From Octopus bimaculoides (lineage: Eukaryota), in assembly GCF_001194135.2 (NCBI RefSeq), contig NC_068990.1, forward strand, positions 48,544,509 to 48,599,991: 55,483 nt of DNA, given 5' to 3'. Below are positions 50,471 to 55,483 of the stretch, piece after piece (position 1 is the stretch's first letter; each line of letters starts with the position of its first letter). The position numbers and the translations under genes are program-made. Below the pieces are notes generated by a model. That model had not been told where the DNA came from. It searched no databases and worked only from the letters and a program-made list of their open reading frames with translations.

Positions 50471-51065
50471 GTAGATGGCACTTGCCATATGGTAAAATCA
50501 AACCTAAATCCATTGCAGCTGTGCAGTTCAAAAGTAAGTGCCTTAACTATATTTAGACCATTATGGTGAGTTCCCTTACCTACAACTGTCTTCCTTATTC
50601 AATCTATTACATATTTACTTATCATTTCTTGACCAAGTTTTTTTCTTATCCTTTTTGCATGGTCCCTGAAAATTGGCCCGTCATGGAGAAATTAAGAAGG
50701 GTTACATACAAACATATACATGTATGCATTTTGCTCGCATTTCATGTTCCAATGATTGGCATACATGCAAGCATCCAACTATAAGACAAAGTCTACAGAA
50801 ACCCATATTTCTAAATTTCTTAAACCATCAAATATATATAAGCATGAAGGTTGAAAACAAAAACAAGTAAAAATTATTTTAAAAAACCACATTATCACAT
50901 TGTATTTCATGAAAGCTTTTTGATGTTCCACATTGTGTCTCTGCCATTGACGAGTTGTATAAGAAGTTATTGTTTATTTCAGCCCATATAATATCTTCAA
51001 ATACAAATTCAATAACTGCTCATCACATACACACATACATCAGAGACATTAAAATGTATCTGAAA

Positions 51066-51111
<46 letters not shown>

Positions 51112-52334
51112 ATACTTTTAGATGCTAAAATAACTGCACTCTATGCCCCAATTCTGTACTGAAGTAGAACCCTTGATATATTCTAACATTAACCAAGTCA
51201 ATTTTGCATTAGTCTACTAGTACAACTACCACCACTACCACCTAATCATTCAAGCAAGATATAAAGTAGCCAATCTCAAATGCCAAACAACCCCACAAGT
51301 CATGAAATACAGAATAAGCAGTTATATTTTCAACCTAACCTACATTACGGTACACTGAATATAGCTTTTGCAGAACAATGGTCTTAATGGAAATAATAAA
51401 GAAAGTAGATAAAAAGAAAGGGGTAAAAAGTAAGCTCCTCTATTTAACTATCACATTGTCTAGACTTCTTGATCAGAACTGACCACAAGCATCCAATAAC
51501 AACTGTAACAACAACTTGTGTGTGTTACGTTCAGATTTCAATAAGTAATAGTTGTTTAAAGGCAACAATCTGAATATTTTTCCTACCTCACACTTGGAAA
51601 TTTATTGAGAAAGTGTACTAACATTTACCTCACAAAGGAAATACAGAAATGTATTTAAAAAACAAAAAAAGATTCCATTTGTTGCTTGCTTAATTGCTTT
51701 TTTTTTTTTCTCTTGATGAATATTTTTTTATGAAGAAAGAAAATTAAAACATGATTTTTATAAATATTTAATTAGTTGTCAAATAGAAACAAGAAAATAA
51801 TACTTATCAGAATGACAAAAAGTTAAATAATGTAATAATATCTATCAGACGTACAGAGCAATGAATGAAAACTTTCACCTGCTCTTTTGTTTAACTTATT
51901 AATGCACAGTGTATTCAAAGAAGAAAGAAAATTATACAATGCAGAGTATTTGTTTCAATTTTAAATACTATTTACATATTAATAACTTTTCAGGAATACA
52001 ATCACCTTTTTATTACATTTTCCATTCATAGTTTATTTTTCTTGTTATTTAACCTTAATTAATTGTAGAATGAAATTTAACACTAGTGGGTTAATATATT
52101 TTAACTATTCATAACTGTTTTTGTTTTTTTTTCAGTTGTATTACATTTTCTCAATTCTAGCATAAGTACCATAGTTTTTGAAAACCAAAATTTTTACTTC
52201 ATGATGGAGCAAGTGAATTTACAGAGTGATACCCTTCCTAATGGTAACAACTCAACTATGCATGGTGTATGTGTGGAACTTGTTAGACAAGCATATGAGA
52301 GAAAAAAAAAAGATATACAGAATTACTTTAGCAC

Positions 52335-52600
52335 CAGCAGGTGGTTAGGGTATTTCCAGTAACACACTGTGCCCATGAGCAAGACATTTTATTTCATGTT
52401 GATCTAGTCCACTCAGCTGGCAAAAATGAGTAGTACCTGTATTTCAAAGGGCCAGCCCTGTCGTATTCTGTGTCACACTGAATCACCCTGAGAACTACTG
52501 AGCACTACACATATCTGTGGAGTGCTCAGTTACTTGCACATTAATTTCTTGAGCAGATCAACTGGAACCCTCATCATCATAACAGACGGAGTGCCAGTTG
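52335..52600 (+). mobile_element. Family B SINE
   Basis: Matches 21318-21650. Confidence 0.8.
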
Positions 52601-52877
52601 ATATATTCCTGGTTTCTATGGCGTATCTGTCCCCCCCACCACCAGCTGGACAGGACGCCAGTCCATCGCAGCGTTACTCAAGAAACAGGAAGAAAAAGTG
52701 AGAGAAAGTTGGGGTGAAAGAGTACAACAGGGTCACCACCACCTTCTGCCAGAGCCTCATGGAGTTTTAGGTGTTTTTGCTCAATAAACACACACAATGC
52801 CCAGTCTGGGAATCAAAACCGCGATCCTCCGACCGCGAGTCCACTTCCCTAACCACTGGGCCATTGCGCCTCCACAT
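52601..52877 (-). mobile_element. tRNA-derived SINE (head H1 plus a different tail)
   Basis: Head ggaggcgcaatggcccagtggttagg...gattcccag; lies tail-to-tail with the family B copy. Confidence 0.8.
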
Positions 52878-52909
52878 ATATATATGTATATATATATATA
52901 TATATATAT

Positions 52910-52948
<39 letters not shown>

Positions 52949-53833
52949 CAATGGGCTTCTTTCAGTTTCTGTCTACCAAATCCACTGACAAGGTTGTGAT
53001 CAACCCAAGGTTATAGTAGAAGACACTTGCCCAAGGTGCCACACAGTGGGACTGAACCCAGAGCCATGTGGTTGGTAAGCAAGCTAATTACCACAGAGCC
53101 ATGTGGTTGGTAAGCAAGCTAATTACCACAGAGCCACTCCTGTGCCTATATATANNNNNNNNNNNNNNNNNNNNNNNNNNNNNNNNNNNNNNNNNNNNNN
53201 NNNNNNNNNNNNNNNNNNNNNNNNNGACTGGAGCCTGGTGTTGCCATCCGGTTTCACCAGTCCTCAGTCAAATCGTCCAACCCATGCTAGCATGGAAAGC
53301 GGACGTTAAACGATGATGATGATATATATATATATATATATATATATAATGGAGAAATTATACAAAATGTATAAACAGACAATGAGTAAAGCAACCGCAC
53401 AGTTTCAATTATCTATTGTTATCCATAGATTTATTGCAGGAACTTCGTAGTGGCAGTGGGGGTAACAGTATTAATAAAATAGAAAATGAAATGTGTAATA
53501 GACTTTATTGGGTACAACACATGTTTTGACCCATTCTAGGTCTGTTTGGGTACTGTCTGTGATGGAAAATTACTACTATCTACTCTTGAAGAAAAAAGGA
53601 AAGTAAACCATGAATGCTTATTTTAATCTAAATTTTATTTTATTAATAGCTCTTTTCTCTGTACATGTTCCATTTTAGTACACATTTTTGACAAGGTTTT
53701 TTAAAAACCAAAATGTAAAACAAAACCAAAACATTCTTCTTTTAAGAAAATTAAAATGTACCCGATTTTAAGAAAGTAGCATTTTGGTTCTTCTTTTTCA
53801 TAAATATATATCTACATATAAATGTATATATAT

Positions 53834-54485
53834 TTGGCCATGGGAACGAGAATGGGCCCCAACTATGCGAACCTGCTCATTGGCTATATTGAGGCCCAAA
53901 TATTCTCAAGTTTTACTGGTCCCACTCCCGAACTATATGGTCATTATATTGACGACTGTATCGGTGCAACCTCACTCTCCTGCAAACAACTAGACTCCTT
54001 TCTCTCTTTTGTCAAATCTTTCCATCCTGCCCTCCACTTCTCCTGCACTATTTTCGACACTTCTATTGCCTTTCTCGACATTTCGGTCAGCATTCACCAC
54101 TCCACTCTCACACAAACTCACACTCATACCTCAACTTTTCCTCCTCCCACCCTAAACACACCAAGCTCTCCATCTCCTATTCCCAATTCCTCTGTCTGTG
54201 CAGGCTCTGCAGTGACAACCATGACTTTGAGATTCATTCTCAACTCATGGTTTGCCACTTCATCCTACATGGATATCCCCTCACCACAATCCATACTGCT
54301 CTTGCCAAAGCATGTTCTGTGGACCATGCATCTGCTCTCTCTCCCACACCCGCCCTGCTGTCACCTGTCTCCCCTCACCTACCACCCTTCCACCCTACCT
54401 CTCCAACGCACCATTCTCCAAGCCTTCCGGCGACTCCAGTCCAACCCCTCCACTTTGCACATCTTTGCTAACTGACCCCTCCCTC
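53834..54485 (+). mobile_element. Penelope-like RT fragment
   Basis: AMGTRMGPNYANL...YGHYIDDCIGA...LHFSCTI...IAFLDISV. Confidence 0.88.
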
Positions 54486-55169
54486 CTACAGAGGCTGTAA
54501 TGGTGAATAACAATTACAGGATTTTACAAGATTCTCCCATAGAGACTAACGATACTGTTCAAGTATGGAGATCAGATATGATTGTAGAGAACAGAAATGA
54601 ACAGTGATACCATATTAAAGTAGAGTGGCTATCAAAAAGAAATTGAGAAATATGCTCCTCTCAAGTTTACGACAGCTGTGAAAGACATGTTCCTGTGGTA
54701 ATTGATGAATTTGGTGAAACATCTAAACTGCAACCTAAGAGGCTGAAATCATGCCAAAATAGACATTGCAGCTCAACAGGGTCTGTTGGCTTATAGAATC
54801 CTGTCAAACCATCCAACCCATAACAGCATGGAAAATGCATGTCAAATGATGATAACTCAACCAACAGAAAAGTGCCATTCTATATTCTGCAAGAATCCTA
54901 AGAAAGATTCTTGAAATTCGAGGACACTTGTTGTCACCATCAGGACAGCAACCCTGGTGATTAGGTTACTATGTGATAACTTTTGAATAATAATAATAAT
55001 AATCTTTTCTACAATAAGCACATGGCCTGAAATTGGGGAAGGAGGGGCTAGTCAATTACATTAACCTCAAAAGGATGAAATGCAAAGTTGACCTCAACGG
55101 AATTTGAACTCAGAATGTAATAATTCTGTCAGTTCGCAACATTAAATAATAAATAAATAGATAAATAAA

Positions 55170-55285
55170 TACATGCATACATGCATACATACAAACATAC
55201 GTACATACATACATACATACATACATGCATGCATGCATACATACATACACACATACACACATACATACATACATACATACATACA
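55170..55285. repeat. (CATA)n microsatellite
   Basis: Directly visible. Confidence 0.95.
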
Positions 55286-55448
55286 TCTAACACCAACCAC
55301 TTTGCAGAGTGGAAGACACTCCAGCTATAAAACCATGTCAAAACAAACACAGAAGCATGGCATAGGCTCCTGACTGGCCAGCTCCAGTCAAACTACCCAA
55401 CCCATGCCAGCAAGGAAGGAGGACATTAAATGATGATGATGATAATGA

Positions 55449-55483
<35 letters not shown>

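Noticed and set aside
52780-52877. tRNA gene
   Set aside because: The tRNA-like boxes run straight into a SINE body that is repeated at 12540-12757.
53070-53131. 35-bp tandem duplication
   Set aside because: Lies inside a family A SINE beside a gap; local slippage or artefact.

Overview
AT-rich, repeat-dense eukaryotic DNA with (TA)n/(CA)n microsatellites and seven N gaps. The SINE and LINE families look like those I recall from Octopus (coleoid cephalopod) genomes; this is recognition, not a database result. One protein-coding gene is supported, a minus-strand synaptotagmin-like protein (SYTL4/5-type Rab effector). Its two in-phase exons, 23720-23508 and 3595-3471, are joined by a ~19.9 kb intron and encode the zinc-finger Slp homology domain. 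I found neither the first coding exon nor the C2 exons. The rest is mostly decayed mobile DNA: a maT/DD37D remnant, an internally deleted mariner carrying a 5'-truncated Gypsy segment, two RTE LINEs plus a tail, three Penelope-like pieces, piggyBac- and hAT-type MITEs, a solo LTR, many SINEs and a 5S rRNA pseudogene. The most unusual signals are long palindromic elements carrying type-I hammerhead ribozyme motifs (8141-8520 and 38900-39244), the mariner-Gypsy chimera, a candidate 9-nt in-frame microexon, and a CpG-retaining patch near 41 kb that may be a promoter. Most ORF-track entries are microsatellite or TE noise. Repeat boundaries are estimated by eye unless a TSD fixes them.
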